A stretch of 64,000 bases of DNA, from contig CAWFDF010000004.1 in the NCBI GenBank assembly GCA_963814585.1, positions 320,001-384,000 of the forward strand, in the 5' to 3' direction. The notes under the pieces are model-generated. The model had not been told where the DNA came from. It saw only the letters and a program-made list of their open reading frames with translations, and made no database searches. The translations under genes were made by a program, and so were the position numbers. This document shows positions 9,201 to 23,993 of the stretch, in pieces (positions within the stretch are counted from its first letter, which is position 1; the number at the start of each line of letters is the position of its first letter). This stretch comes from an uncultured delta proteobacterium. Its GTDB lineage: Bacteria > Myxococcota > Myxococcia > Myxococcales > Anaeromyxobacteraceae.

Positions 9201-12099
9201 GTTGATCCGGTTGGTGGAGGGCAGCAGGACGTCGAAGAGGCCGTTGAAGTCGGACTCGACGGTGGTGACCAGCCGGTTGGTGTAGTCGTAGATGCCGACC
9301 GGGGCGAAGGGCACGCCGGCCTTCTCGCCGTAGAGCAGCGAGCGCGGATCCGAGGAGAAGGTGAGGTCGTCGACGATGAGGCCCCAGAAGCGGACCGGGA
9401 CCGGCACGTCGGTGAAGTAGTTGAAGGTCGGCGCGATCGACCGGCCGTTGGCGAGCGTGACCAGCTTGGTGCTGCAGAGCGGCTTGGGCTGGCCCTCGTA
9501 AGGGGAGCCGCCGATGTCGATGAAGGTGGCGTTGTCGGTCGGCGTCGAGGCCGGGACCGTGATCCCGACCGGGAGCGTGATGCCGTCGCCCACCATCGGC
9601 GGGTAGTTGTCGGCGCCGACGCCGGCGACGTCCACGATGTGCAGCGGCCCGGCACAGGCCGGCGGTGGGACCTGCGGGACCCAGTCGTCGCCGTTGGCGA
9701 TGTTGATGTCCTCCTCGCGGGTCACCTTGTAGCTGGGACGGCCGGTGGCGTCGTCCGGGACCACCACCTCGACCAGGTAGTCGCGGCCGCCGGGCAGGGG
9801 CGCGAACGCCCCGCCCACGCAGACCGGGGCGGACGGGTCGGTGGCGTCGAGCGTGCCGGTGAAGCAGCCCTCGCCGAAGCCGTAGTTGCCGTCCACCGTG
9901 GAGTAGCCGTTCTGGAACTGCACCCCCATGAGCGGGCCTTCCAGGCACTCGGCGTCAGGCGGCAGCGGCAGCACCTGCTCGTCGACGCCGTGGACCAGGG
10001 GGATGCCGTCCACGTCGCGGGCCACGCAGCCGGTCGGCCGCTCCCAGGTCTCGGTCAGGCGGTGTTGAGGAGGGCGCCCCTGGAGTAGGCGCCGCTGGCG
10101 TCGAGCTGGTACCGCTCGGTGGGGTCGCAGGGCGCGGTGGGAATCCCGGTGTTCGGGTCCAGGGGGCAGGGCACCGTGGCCCAGAGCTTCACCGTCAGGT
10201 TGGGGATGCCGGGCTGCCAGGGCTCCACGGCCGCGTAGCGCGGGTCGAGCTCGTTGCGGGTGGTGTCGTAGCTGATCGTGCCGACGATGCCGCCGTTGCG
10301 CGGATCGAGGCCGCCGGTGGCGCCGGTCGCGTCGTACGGACGCACGCCCCAGTCCAGGCGGCCAGCCAGGCCGATGATGGGCAGCACGCTCACGTCCACG
10401 CCGGCGCCCAGGACGGTGGTGGGCGTGTCCTGGTTGTCGGCCTGGAAGGTGACGCCGGTGGTGTAGAAGAGGTCCGCGTACGCCTCGACGACCAGCCACT
10501 GGGTCATCGGGTAGGCGTTCACCATCTCGTAGTAGCCGTTGGCGTCGGTGGTGACCCCGGTCGCCCCGCGGTCCATCACCGAGTTCTCGCGCTTCTTCAG
10601 CGCCACCGGGAAGTTGGCCAGGCCCGGCTCGCCGGGATCCTTGATCCCGTTCCGGTTGAGGTCGTTGAAGACGTAGCCGTCGATCCTGGTCCACCAGCCG
10701 TTCAGGGGGAGGATCCCCATGTCGACGGTCTCGCCCTCACCCACGGTGACCTGGACGAGGTCGAGGAGGTAGTTGAGGTCCGCCTCCCACCAGGTGAGCG
10801 TGTAGTTGCCGGCCGGGACGTTGGGGATGGTGAAGGCGCCGTTGGCGTCGCCCCGCCCCGCCCAGACCAGCGTGTCGCTGCGCGTCAGGTCGGTCAGCGT
10901 GACCCAGGGGTACGGGATCGGCTTGTCGAGCTTGGCGCCAGCCAGGCCGCCCCAGATCGTGCCGGGGAGCCCTCCCACGCCACCGCGGGTCGGGATGTAG
11001 ACCTTCACGGCCTCCACCACGCCCTTGATGGTGCCGGTCCCTCCCATGGGCCGGGCTGCTGGCCGGGAGGCACCGGCACGTAGCCGAAGATGATGGCGGG
11101 GAAGGGCTCGCCGGCGACCACGAACTCGGTGTCGAGGCCGGTGGCTCCTTCCATGACCCAGGCGTCCCAGTCCAGGTTGCCTTCGAGGGTGGTGGTCTGG
11201 GCCCAGCTCGAGCCGTCGGGCGGCACGATGGAGAGCGCGTAGCGGTTGGGGCCGACGTCCGGGATCTTGAGCTTCCCCTCGACGACGGCGCCGGCCGGCG
11301 CGAGCCCGCCCTCCAGCATGGTCAGGCCGGCCGCATCGACGGGGCAGCGGCCCGCGGCGTCGACGGGCGCCACGGTCCCGACGTCGACCCCGCCGCTCAC
11401 CACGTAGCACTTGCTCAGGCAGATGCCGGTGCCGCACAGGGGCGCACCGAAGACGTCGGTCGTCACCTCGCCGATGTAGTCGGCGATGTGCCCCTGGAAC
11501 CCGGCCAGGCCATGCTCGAGCGGCACGTCCGGAGCGCCGTTCACCGGCGAGATGTCCTCGAACACCGCGGCCTGGATGGTCGCGGTGGGGAGCGGGTAGG
11601 GCTGCAGCTGGACGGTGACGACGCCACCGCTCGAGGCCGGCAGCGGCACGGTGAAGTGCGCCCCGTCCATCTTGTAGCCAGCGGCGAGCACCGTGACGAG
11701 GTACTTGCCATCCACCATGTTCACGCCGGCTGATGCGAGGCCGGCCTCGGCCTCGGTCCCCTGCGCGTAGATCGGGGCCGAGCCCGGGACCCCGGCGATC
11801 GACGTCCAGGCGCAGCTGCCCGGGTAGCCGGGGCCATCCGGTGTGCACTCCGGTGGCGGCGCGCCCGTCACCGGGTTCAGCCGCTGGCTCGTCGTGCCCG
11901 CGTTGTCGACGTTGATGAGGAACTTGAACGCCGTGACGCTCTCCAGCGCGTTGGTCGCGCTGACCACGTTGAGCTTCACGCTGGCCGCCTCGGCGCGCGG
12001 CGCCAGGGCGACGGCCACGCTCGCCGTGACGAGCAGGTGGGCGAAGGCGCGGGTCCACTGCGCTGCGCCAGGGTTCTTGCAGTTCATTCTGGGCTCCAT
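6240..12099 (-). CDS. Giant (~1950 aa) secreted multidomain protein: SdrD-B/prealbumin-like domains, IPT/TIG domain, right-handed parallel beta-helix, choice-of-anchor-Q-like segment and C-terminal beta-sandwich (frameshifts near 11050 and 10058)
   Basis: Stitched from ORFs 11005..12324, 10055..12058 and 6240..10694. GGGGGAG RBS before ATG 12099; signal ending APRAEA; GYVFNDLNRNGIKDPGEPGL (SdrD-B-like); FTIQGRGFG..SWNDGQIQVTVP (IPT); Asn-rich N..GGGI beta-helix repeats; YHLKDTSPAVNAG..DIDGQPRP..YDVGADE. Confidence 0.8.
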
Positions 12100-12168
12100 G
12101 GCTCCCCCGTCGAGGTACGTGCGCCTGCTCGCTCCGGCGAACCGCGCCGGGACGTACGTGGCCGCCCT

Positions 12169-12184
12169 TGCGACGGCCGTGCCG
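12169..12184 (-). promoter_or_regulatory. Sigma-54 (-24/-12) promoter of the copper-oxidase operon
   Basis: Minus strand CGGCACGGCCGTCGCA is GG-N10-GC and close to the consensus TGGCACG-N4-TTGC. It lies ~70 nt upstream of the start, and a sigma-54 activator gene is divergent. Confidence 0.7.
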
Positions 12185-12380
12185 GGTCGTCGGCCGGCTC
12201 CGGGGTGGCCTAGGCCTCTGGGACTCGTACGAAGGGATGTCGCCGCGCCGAAGCGCGCGGATCGGGCACGGGCGAACCGATCACCGTCGGCGGGGTGGCG
12301 GGCCCCTCGCCTGGAGAGAGGCACCCGCGTCGGGGCGTAAGTGTGGATTCGCAGAAATCCCCTGTCACTTCAACGTGGTA

Positions 12381-12413
12381 TGTCCTGTTGCGACAAAGTG
12401 TCATATATGGAAC
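12381..12413. promoter_or_regulatory. Putative upstream activator (enhancer) sites
   Basis: TGTC-N7-GACA palindrome at 12381-12395 followed by an imperfect copy TGTCATATATGGAAC at 12399-12413, in an AT-rich patch ~200 bp upstream of the sigma-54 promoter. Confidence 0.45.
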
Positions 12414-12417
12414 CGCC

Positions 12418-13536
<1,119 letters not shown>

Positions 13537-13646
13537 GCCCCTTCCCCGGTCCGGCCAGGCTTCCTCCTTCCCTGGCGAGCCGGGCCGCCGGAAGCGCTTG
13601 GCCTTCGGCGCCCGGCACGGGTAGGTTGGCCGCCAGCGGAGGGGGC

Positions 13647-14066
13647 ATGATCGAGCGCATCGGGATCTCGCTGGAGTCCGACCTGCTGAGGCAGTTCGAC
13701 CGGCTGATCGAGCAGAAGGGGTACGTCAACCGGTCCGAGGCGATCCGCGACCTCATCCGCGACACCCTGGTCCAGCGGGAATGGTCCGAGTCCAGCGGCG
13801 CCGAGGAGCGGGTGGCGGTGGTCGCGCTGGTCTACGATCACGACTCGTCGAGCCTGGCGCAGAAGCTGGCCCACATCCAGCACGAGAACCACCGCGCCGT
13901 GGTGTCGGCGCTGCACGTCCACATGGACGAGCACAACTGCCTGGAGGTGCTGGTGCTGCGCGGCCGGGCCGGGGACGTCGTGGCCATGGGCGAGGGGCTG
14001 GTCTCCACCAAGGGCGTGAAGTTCGGCAAGGTCCTGCCGGCGACCACCGGGCAAGGGCTGCGCTAG
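13647..14066 (+). CDS. nikR: Nickel-responsive transcriptional regulator NikR
   Basis: RIGISL ribbon-helix-helix, GYVNRSEAIRDLIR, YDH, QH, LHVHMDEHNCLEV. Confidence 0.95.
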   Translation: MIERIGISLESDLLRQFDRLIEQKGYVNRSEAIRDLIRDTLVQREWSESSGAEERVAVVALVYDHDSSSLAQKLAHIQHENHRAVVSALHVHMDEHNCLEVLVLRGRAGDVVAMGEGLVSTKGVKFGKVLPATTGQGLR

Positions 14067-14242
14067 GCGGCGCGCCTCGATGTCGGCGCCAGGGCCGATG
14101 ACGAGCGGCTGGCCTGGGCGCTGGCGGCGCTCGCCGACACGGGCGCCGTCCACCGCACCTGCAGCGGCTCCTTCCTTGCCCAGGACGAGCGGCTCGGTTC
14201 CCTGTCCCGGCCGCGCCCGCCACCTCCACGAGCAGGCCGCCG

Positions 14243-14929
14243 TCACTCGATCGGCACCCGGCCTCCGGCGGCGAACTCGCCGGCTCGCGCCGGGTCGGCC
14301 AGGAAGACCCCGGTCATCCCTGACACGTCGCGGCTGCGGGCGTCGAGCCCGCGGCGCGCCAGCACCGCCGAGAGCGCCCCGCTGGCCTCGTCGTAGAGGG
14401 CCTTCTGGAGGAGGTTCATGCGGACCAGCCCGGGGCCGTCGCCCTCCCCGCGCTCGTCCAGGGCCAGGCGGCACTCGCCGGCGTCCAGCGAGCTGAGCGC
14501 GCGGCAGGCCAGCGGCCGCACCGGGTGGATGGAGCACCCGCCCCTCCCGTCCAGGAAGGGGCAGCGGACGCGGGCCCGGATGCGCTCGCCGTCGTCCTGC
14601 CACCTGACCTCGTCGTGGAACCGGAGCAGCTCGGCGGCCCGATCGGCGATCTGGTCCGGCCGCAGCCGGCGCCGCAGGTACGCGGCCGCCGCCACTCCTT
14701 CGAGCGGGAGCGTGCCGACGTTGACCGTGCAGCAGGTGGCGCAGCCGAGGGCGCAGGCCGGTTCCGGCTCGCCAGCCGGCCGGCCCGAGGAGATCGAGGC
14801 CAGCACCCGCTCCCCGACCGCCGCCATCAGCCGCGCCAGGGCCGCCTCGTCGCACGGGCCGCGCCCGAGCGCCTCGTCGGCCAGCCAGGTCACGTCCCGG
14901 GCGCACTCTGCGACCTGGTCGTCGGGCAT
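14243..14929 (-). CDS. YkgJ-family (CxxCxxCC) cysteine-cluster protein
   Basis: CALGCATCC...CPFLD..GCSIHPVRPLACR. Confidence 0.85.
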   Translation of the reverse strand: MPDDQVAECARDVTWLADEALGRGPCDEAALARLMAAVGERVLASISSGRPAGEPEPACALGCATCCTVNVGTLPLEGVAAAAYLRRRLRPDQIADRAAELLRFHDEVRWQDDGERIRARVRCPFLDGRGGCSIHPVRPLACRALSSLDAGECRLALDERGEGDGPGLVRMNLLQKALYDEASGALSAVLARRGLDARSRDVSGMTGVFLADPARAGEFAAGGRVPIE

Positions 14930-15196
14930 CCGCGTCCCCTCCGGGCCCGGATGCTCGCAGGTCGTCCGGAGGCCGTCGCTGCGGCACCTCGGCGCACCCG
15001 GGGAGCGAGCCACACGATGCCGTCCGGAGGGCCGGGTGGCACGCCGGTCGAGCCGCGGAAGCGGGCTGGCCCGCCGAGACCCGGAGGGATGAGTCCGCCC
15101 GGCGCAGCCAGGCAGCGTGCGCCGCAGCAGGGATCGGGCCAGGTGAGGGGCGCCATCGCGACCACGATGATCGATGATGGCCGCGTGAATCAGGGC

Positions 15197-15790
15197 GTGG
15201 CGCGAGACCGGCGGCTCTTCGTGGCGCTCGACCTGGACGACGAGGTCCGGGCCGGGGTCGCCGCCGCCGTGGCCGGCCTGCGCCTTGCCGCCGGACCCGC
15301 CGGGCGCTCCCTGCGATTCGGCGATCCCGCCACCGTCCACCTCACGCTCCGCTTCCTCGGCGACGTCCCCGGGGACCAGGTGGACGGCGTGGCGGCAGCG
15401 GTGGCGGCCGCGGCGGCCGGGAGCCGCCCGCTCTCGCTCCAGGTCCGCGGCGCCGGCGCCTTCCCGACACCGCGCCGCGCCCGCGTCGTCTGGCTCGGCC
15501 TGGCCGGGGACCTCGGGCCGCTCGCGGCGCTGGCGGCCGCGCTCGACGCCCGGCTGGCGCCGCTCGGCTTCGCGCCGGAGACGCGACCCTTCACGCCCCA
15601 CCTCACCGTGGCCCGGGCCCGCGCCCGCGGCGGCGCCCCCGGCCTGGCCATGGCGCTCGCGACGGCCTCGGCCGCGCTCGCCCCCGTCCCCTGGCACGCC
15701 GACGCGCTCACCCTCTTCGAGAGCCACCTCGAGCACGGAGGGGCCCGTCACGTGGCGCTGCTGCGCGCGCCACTCGGCGCGGCTCGTTGA
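15197..15790 (+). CDS. thpR: RNA 2',3'-cyclic phosphodiesterase (2H phosphoesterase)
   Basis: RLFVAL start, two HxT motifs (HLTLRFLG, PHLTVAR), RVVWLG. The start could instead be 15167. Confidence 0.9.
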   Translation: MARDRRLFVALDLDDEVRAGVAAAVAGLRLAAGPAGRSLRFGDPATVHLTLRFLGDVPGDQVDGVAAAVAAAAAGSRPLSLQVRGAGAFPTPRRARVVWLGLAGDLGPLAALAAALDARLAPLGFAPETRPFTPHLTVARARARGGAPGLAMALATASAALAPVPWHADALTLFESHLEHGGARHVALLRAPLGAAR

Positions 15791-15808
15791 CCCTTCCCCT
15801 CCTCGGCC

Positions 15809-16121
15809 TCAGGCCTCGGGCCCCTGCGGCCCGGCGGCCTGGCTCGCCCCGGCCCTCGCGGCCAGGTAGTCGACCAGCCCCTGGAGCGAGCGGATCCCGG
15901 GATAGTCGGCCTCGGGGATTCTCGACCCCGAGCCGCTCGTGGACCTGGATGACGAGCCGCAGGAAGTCCATGGAGTCGATGTCCAGCTCCTCCCGCAGGT
16001 CGCGGTCGGCGCGGATCGTGGCCAGGTCGACCTCCGGGGCGATGGTCGCCAGGATGGCCTCCAGGTGCCGCCGGAGCTCCTCGCGCCCTGGGGCGCCGGG
16101 GCCGGGGCCGCCCGCCGTCAC
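15809..16121 (-). CDS. Acyl carrier protein (one-base frameshift near 15920)
   Basis: IAPEVD..DLREELDIDSMDFL phosphopantetheine motif. Correcting one base gives PEADYPGIRSLQGLVDYLA ending at TGA 15809. Confidence 0.85.
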
Positions 16122-17329
16122 AGCCCCTCCGGCTCGCCCAGCCGCCGCCCCACCTCGGCGAGGAAGCGGGCGCCGCTCAGCCCGTCGCTGACCCGGTGGT
16201 CACCCGCCAGCGAGGCGATCACCGTAGGGACGACCTCGACCCGTCCCGCCCTCGCGCGCGGCCTGTCGGCGATCCGCCCGAAGCCGACCAGGGCCACCTG
16301 CGGCGGGTAGATGATCCCGTGGACGGCGTCCACGCCCAGGTCCCCCAGGCTGGTCACGGTGAGGGTGGAGTCGGCGAGCTCCGAGCTGCGGAGCCCGCCG
16401 CCGCGGGTCCGGGCCACGAGATCGGTGAGGGCCCGCATCAGCTCCGGGAGCGGCAGCCGGTCGGCGTCGTGGATGGCCGGCGCCACCAGGCCGCCCCGCC
16501 GCAGCGAGATGGCGACGCCGAGGTGGACGGCCGGCGACGGCCGGAAGGTCCCATCGACGAAGTGGCCGTTCACGTCCGGCGCCTCGCGGGCCACCAGCGC
16601 CACCGCCTTGAGCAGCAGGACGGCCGGGAGGAGCCGCTCGGCCACCGGCCGGCTCGCGCTGGTGCGGGTGAGCCAGGCCATGGCGGCGGAGAGGTCGAAC
16701 TCGGCGTCCAGGTGGTAGTGCGGGATCTCCCGCTTGGAGCGGGCCATGGCCGCGCCGATGGCCTGGCGCATCCCGGCGGGCACGGCGGGGGGCGCCTGGC
16801 CCGCACCGGGAGCCGGGGCTGGCGGCCTGGCGGCGCCGGCCTCGACGTCGGCCAGCGTCACCGCGCCTCCGGGGCCGGTGCCCCGGAGCGCCGACAGGTC
16901 GAGGCCGAGCTCGCGGGCCCTGGCTCGTGCGGCCGGGGAGGCTCGTGCCCGGCCTGCCGGCTGCGTGACCACCGGCGCGGGAGCCGGCGGCGGCGCTCCC
17001 GGCAACGGCCCTGGTGCGGCCGGTGGCGAGATCGGACCAGGCGCAGGCTCGGGTGCGGTGGAAGGCCCTGGCGCAGGGGGCTCGCCGGCGCCCGCCGTCG
17101 CTCCGACCACCGCCAGCACCGTGCCCACCGGGACCCTGGTCCCCTCCGCCACGCGGATCTCGCCCACCACCCCGTCTTCCCAGACCTCCACCTCGATGGC
17201 CCCCTTGGCGGTCTCCACCACCGCGATGACCTGGCCGCGCTGGACCCGGTCGCCGGGCCGGACCTTCCACTCCACCAGCGTCCCGGCCTCCATGTCGGCG
17301 CCGAGGGACGGCATCCTGAACTCAGCCAT
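16118..17329 (-). CDS. pdhC: 2-oxoacid dehydrogenase E2 (dihydrolipoamide acyltransferase)
   Basis: Lipoyl domain ([14 protein letters not shown]), peripheral subunit-binding domain (ASPAAR..GTGPGG), catalytic DHRVSDG. Confidence 0.93.
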   Translation of the reverse strand: MAEFRMPSLGADMEAGTLVEWKVRPGDRVQRGQVIAVVETAKGAIEVEVWEDGVVGEIRVAEGTRVPVGTVLAVVGATAGAGEPPAPGPSTAPEPAPGPISPPAAPGPLPGAPPPAPAPVVTQPAGRARASPAARARARELGLDLSALRGTGPGGAVTLADVEAGAARPPAPAPGAGQAPPAVPAGMRQAIGAAMARSKREIPHYHLDAEFDLSAAMAWLTRTSASRPVAERLLPAVLLLKAVALVAREAPDVNGHFVDGTFRPSPAVHLGVAISLRRGGLVAPAIHDADRLPLPELMRALTDLVARTRGGGLRSSELADSTLTVTSLGDLGVDAVHGIIYPPQVALVGFGRIADRPRARAGRVEVVPTVIASLAGDHRVSDGLSGARFLAEVGRRLGEPEGL

Positions 17330-18295
17330 GGCGAACCACCGTCCGGGCCGCGGCCGCGATCCCCTCCGCCTGCGGCAGCACCGCCTCCTCGAGGTGGCGC
17401 GGGTAGGGCATGGGCGCCTCGGCCGAGCAGACGCGCGCCACCGGGGCGTCGAGGTCGTAGAAGGCCCCCTCGGTGATGCGCGCCGAGACCTCGGCTGCGA
17501 GGCTCCCGGTGCGCCAGCCCTCGTCCACGATCACGGCGCGGCGGGTCCTGCGCACCGTGGCCAGGATGGCCTCGCCGTCGAGCGGCCGGAGCACGCGCAG
17601 GTCGAGCACCTCGGCGTCGATCCCTTCCCTGGCCAGCGCCTCGGCCGCGGCCAGGGTCTTGCCCAGCGTGCCGCCGTAGGTGATGAGCGAGACGTCGCGC
17701 CCGGGCCGGCGCACCGCGGCCCGCGAGATGTCCACCGGGCCCGCGTCGTCGGCCAGCTCGCCCTCCACGCCGTAGAGCGTGGTGTGCTCGAAGAGCAGCA
17801 CCGGGTCCGGGTCCTGGAGGGCGCTCCACAGCATGCCGCGGGCGTCCTCCAGCGTCGCCGGGGCCAGTACCCGGAGCCCCGGGACGTGCGCGTACCAGCC
17901 CTCCCAGCTGTGGGAGTGCTGGGCCGCCACCTGCCGGCCACCGCCGGTGGCCATGCGGACCACCAGCGGCACCGTCACCTGGCCGCCCGACATGTGGCGC
18001 AGCAGCGCCGCGCCATTCACCAGCTGGTCGAGGGCCAGCAGGCTGAAGTTCACGGTCATCACCTCGACGATGGGGCGCAGCCCCGCCATGGCCGCGCCGA
18101 CGCCGGCGCCGACGAAGGTGGACTCGGAGAGCGGCGTGTCGCGGATCCGCTCGGGGCCGAACTCCTCGAGGAGCCCATGGCTCACGGCGTAGGTCCCGCC
18201 GTAGCGCCCCACGTCCTCGCCCATGAGGAAAGCCCTGGGCTCCCGCCTCAGCGCGTCGCGCAGCGCGGCCCGCACCGCCTCGCGGTAGGTGGTCT

Positions 18296-18299
<4 letters not shown>
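17322..18299 (-). CDS. pdhB: Pyruvate dehydrogenase E1 beta subunit
   Basis: [34 protein letters not shown]. Confidence 0.93.
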
Positions 18300-21058
<2,759 letters not shown>

Positions 21059-21225
21059 CGGACCTCCCTCGCACTCCCCACATGCCGATGCAGGCTACGC
21101 CTCGCGGCAGGCTCCCGACCCCGTACTCTTGGAGCCCGCCATTGGGACGGCGAGGCAATCGGGCGCAGGGCGGGGTGTCGCGGGGTGTTGCGGGCCGGCG
21201 GGGTCTGGCAGGCCTGGGAGCGAGC

Positions 21226-21918
21226 TCAGGTCTTGAGCGAGAAGGGCGTGAAGTCGGTGTCGCGGTCGTAGTAGTCCTCGTGCTCCCGGCGCTTCAGGAA
21301 GGCCACCACGCGGTAGGTCACCGGCGTCGCCAGCACCTCCCAGAGCACCTTCATGGCGTAGTTCCCCGCCATCACCGTCACCAGCAGCGAGCCGTCCCAG
21401 GTGCCGAGGAAGGCCAGCGGGTAGAAGATCAGCGTGTCGACGGCCTCGCCCACCACGGTCGAGCCGATGGTGCGAACCCAGAGGAAGCGCCCCTCGCTCC
21501 ACACCTTGAGCTTGGCCAGCGTCAGCGAGTTGGCGAACTCGCCGCAGGCGTACCCGAGCAGGGAGGCCAGCGCGGTGCGCCAGGTCGAGCCGAACACCGC
21601 CTCGAGGTGCACCTGGCCGTGCCACTGCGGCGAGGGTGGCAGGCCCACCACCACCGCGCTCATCAGCGAGACGTAGGCCAGCGCCCCGAAGCCGGCCCAG
21701 ACCACCTTGCGGGAGCGGGCGTAGCCGTACACCTCGGTGAGCACGTCGCCGAAGAGGTAGCTCAGGGGGAAGAAGAGGTTCCCCGCCCCGAAGGTGAACC
21801 CGCCGATGGTCACCGCCTTGCTGACGCCCACCAGGTTGGAGGTGAGCAGCACGCAGACGAATGCCGCCATGAGCAGGTCGTAGTACCGGTATGTTCTGCC
21901 AGCGGGCCTGGTGGTCAT
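21226..21918 (-). CDS. yhhQ: Queuosine precursor transporter (VUT/YhhQ family)
   Basis: FPLSYLFGDVLTEVYG, LWVRTIGSTVVG..DT; multiple TM helices. Confidence 0.9.
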   Translation of the reverse strand: MTTRPAGRTYRYYDLLMAAFVCVLLTSNLVGVSKAVTIGGFTFGAGNLFFPLSYLFGDVLTEVYGYARSRKVVWAGFGALAYVSLMSAVVVGLPPSPQWHGQVHLEAVFGSTWRTALASLLGYACGEFANSLTLAKLKVWSEGRFLWVRTIGSTVVGEAVDTLIFYPLAFLGTWDGSLLVTVMAGNYAMKVLWEVLATPVTYRVVAFLKRREHEDYYDRDTDFTPFSLKT

Positions 21919-21989
21919 GGTGTCGAGCGGAGGAGGGAGGCGCGGTGAAGCGGACGCTGGGCTGGCCGGGAGGCTCCGAGGAGCTTCCC

Positions 21990-22959
21990 ATGGTGGACGT
22001 CTATTTACCCATGATGAAGGCGGCGGCCATCATTTCTGCCGGCCAGCTCCGGCTCTTCGAGGCGCTGGCGGGCGGGCCGCTCCCGGCCGCCCGGCTGGCC
22101 GAGGCCACCGGCGCCAGCGAGGTGGGCATCACCCACCTGGCGGACTTCCTGGTGGCGATCGGCTACCTGCAGGAGGGGCCCGAGGGCTACGCCAACAGCC
22201 GCCGCGCTACCCGCTGGTTCACCGTCGGGGGCGACGTCGACTACACCGCCGGCCTGCTCTGGACGGCCGAGTCGTGGGGGATGATGGGCCACCTGACGGC
22301 GGCGGTGCGCCAGGGGGCGCCGGCCCGGACGCTGTGGGAGTCGATGCAGGAGCGGCCGCACTGGGGGCCGGTCTTCTCCAGCTACATGCAGGCCTTCGCC
22401 CGGCACCTCGGGCCGGACCTGCTGGAGCGGGTGGTCCTGCCGGACGGGGCCCGGCGGCTGCTCGACCTGGGCGGCTCGCACGGGCTGCACTCGGTCGGCT
22501 TCTGCCGGAAGTACCCGGCGCTCGAGTCGGTCATCGTCGACTTCCCCAGCGCGCTCACCGAGACCGAGGCCATGCTGGCGCGGGAGGGGCTCTCGTCGCG
22601 GGTCACCGTCAGGCCGGGTGACCTGCTGCACGGGGACTGGGGCGACGGGCTACGACGCCGTGCTCTACCTCTCGGTGGCCCACAACCAGACCGCCGACGA
22701 CAACGCCCGGGTGCTCCGGCACGTCGGCTCGGTGCTGCGCCCGGGGGGCCTGCTGGTGATCCACGAGTACCTCACCGGCGCTCCCCTCGACGTCTATGAC
22801 GCCGCCTTCCGGCTCACGCTGCTGGTCGAGACGGCGACGCGCACCTACGGCCTGGAGGAGTTCTCGGCCTGGCTCGAGGCGGCCGGCTTCGAGCCGCCCG
22901 TGCGGGTGGACCTCGAGCCGCGCGAGAAGGGTTCGCTGCTCCTGGCGCGGCGGCGCTGA
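21990..22959 (+). CDS. SAM-dependent O-methyltransferase (dimerisation domain plus class I MTase), one frameshift near 22650
   Basis: GQLRLFEAL..LAEATG, LLDLGGSHG, GDL..YDAVLYLSVAH, LRPGGLLVIHE. Confidence 0.85.
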
Positions 22960-22977
22960 GCCTTCCGGCCGGCGCCC

Positions 22978-23982
22978 TCAGCGGTCGGTGCGGCGCGCCG
23001 GCGGGCCCGCGCTCCCGGCCTCGGACCAGTAGGGCTTGCCCAGCCGCCTCAGGCACTGGTTGCACTGGAACGCCTCCCAGCTCTCGGCCGGGCCGCGCTC
23101 CAGCCGCGCCAGCTCCGCCAGCCGCTGCTCGTGGATGATCCCGAGCAGCCGCCGGTGCGCCTCGGCCAGCGTCATCACCGCCAGGTCGCCGGCCACGTCG
23201 CCGTCCGGGCCCGGCACGCCCGAGTGCATGCAGCAGAGGTTGAGGCGGCCGCGCGGGTCGACGTGGAGGATCTCGGTGCGGAAGGGCTCGCAGGCGTGGT
23301 GCCGCTCGGCGCGCCGGAAGCCCTCGGCCGCCTGCACCGAGATGCGCAGCACCCCTCCCAGCCGCTCCACCCGATCGCGGACCTGGTCGAGCTGGTCCGG
23401 CGAGAGGTAGAGCCGCGCGTCGTCGGGCCGCCCGGTGGCCTGCGTCATGGCGTAGCCGATGCGCTGGGCGCCGAGCTCGGCGGCCAGGAGGCCCATCCGC
23501 TCCAGCTCGTGGGTGTTGACGGCGTTGACGGTGACGTTGAAGGAGAAGGGCAGGCCGCGCGCGCTGCAGGTGGCCGCCGCCGCCATGGCGTCGCGCCAGC
23601 TCCCCTCGCCGCGCAGGGCGTCGTGCGTCGCCGCCTCGGCCCCGTCCAGCGACAGGTTGACGATGCGCAGCGCCTGGCGCCGCGCCGGCGCCGCGTCGAG
23701 CAGCCCCACCAGCCGGTCGAAGCGGTGGCCGCTGGTCACCACGTGCCAGGTGAAGCCGCGCCCGGCGACGGCGTCGAGCACCTCGGCGAGCCACGGGTAG
23801 GCCAGCGGCTCGCCGCCGGTGAGGCCCACGTGCGTGAGGCCGTGCAGCGGGCCGGCCTGGTCGAGCGCCTTCTGGATCACCTCGAGGGGCAGGTCGGTGG
23901 GGCGCGCCGCCGGATCCCGCAGGCAGTGCAGGCAGCGGAGCGGGCAGCGGTCGGTGAGGTGGAGGACGAGCCACTGGGCCAT
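22978..23982 (-). CDS. Radical SAM protein with a C-terminal Cys-containing (SPASM/twitch-like) extension
   Basis: CPLRCLHC, TGGEP, SLDG..HDALRG; C-terminal CEPF..HVDPRG.LNLCC...CNQC. Confidence 0.9.
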   Translation of the reverse strand: MAQWLVLHLTDRCPLRCLHCLRDPAARPTDLPLEVIQKALDQAGPLHGLTHVGLTGGEPLAYPWLAEVLDAVAGRGFTWHVVTSGHRFDRLVGLLDAAPARRQALRIVNLSLDGAEAATHDALRGEGSWRDAMAAAATCSARGLPFSFNVTVNAVNTHELERMGLLAAELGAQRIGYAMTQATGRPDDARLYLSPDQLDQVRDRVERLGGVLRISVQAAEGFRRAERHHACEPFRTEILHVDPRGRLNLCCMHSGVPGPDGDVAGDLAVMTLAEAHRRLLGIIHEQRLAELARLERGPAESWEAFQCNQCLRRLGKPYWSEAGSAGPPARRTDR

Positions 23983-23993
23983 GGCCTGGATCC

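Noticed and set aside
6093..10088. 1331-aa plus-strand ORF and the many other long overlapping ORFs (e.g. 6139..9948, 39741..42974, 53661..56528)
   Set aside because: Shadow frames of real genes in high-GC DNA: Arg/Gly/Pro/Ala-rich with no recognisable motifs.
21919..21989. preQ1 riboswitch upstream of yhhQ
   Set aside because: The short GC-rich divergent gap lacks the hairpin and A-rich tail of preQ1 aptamers.
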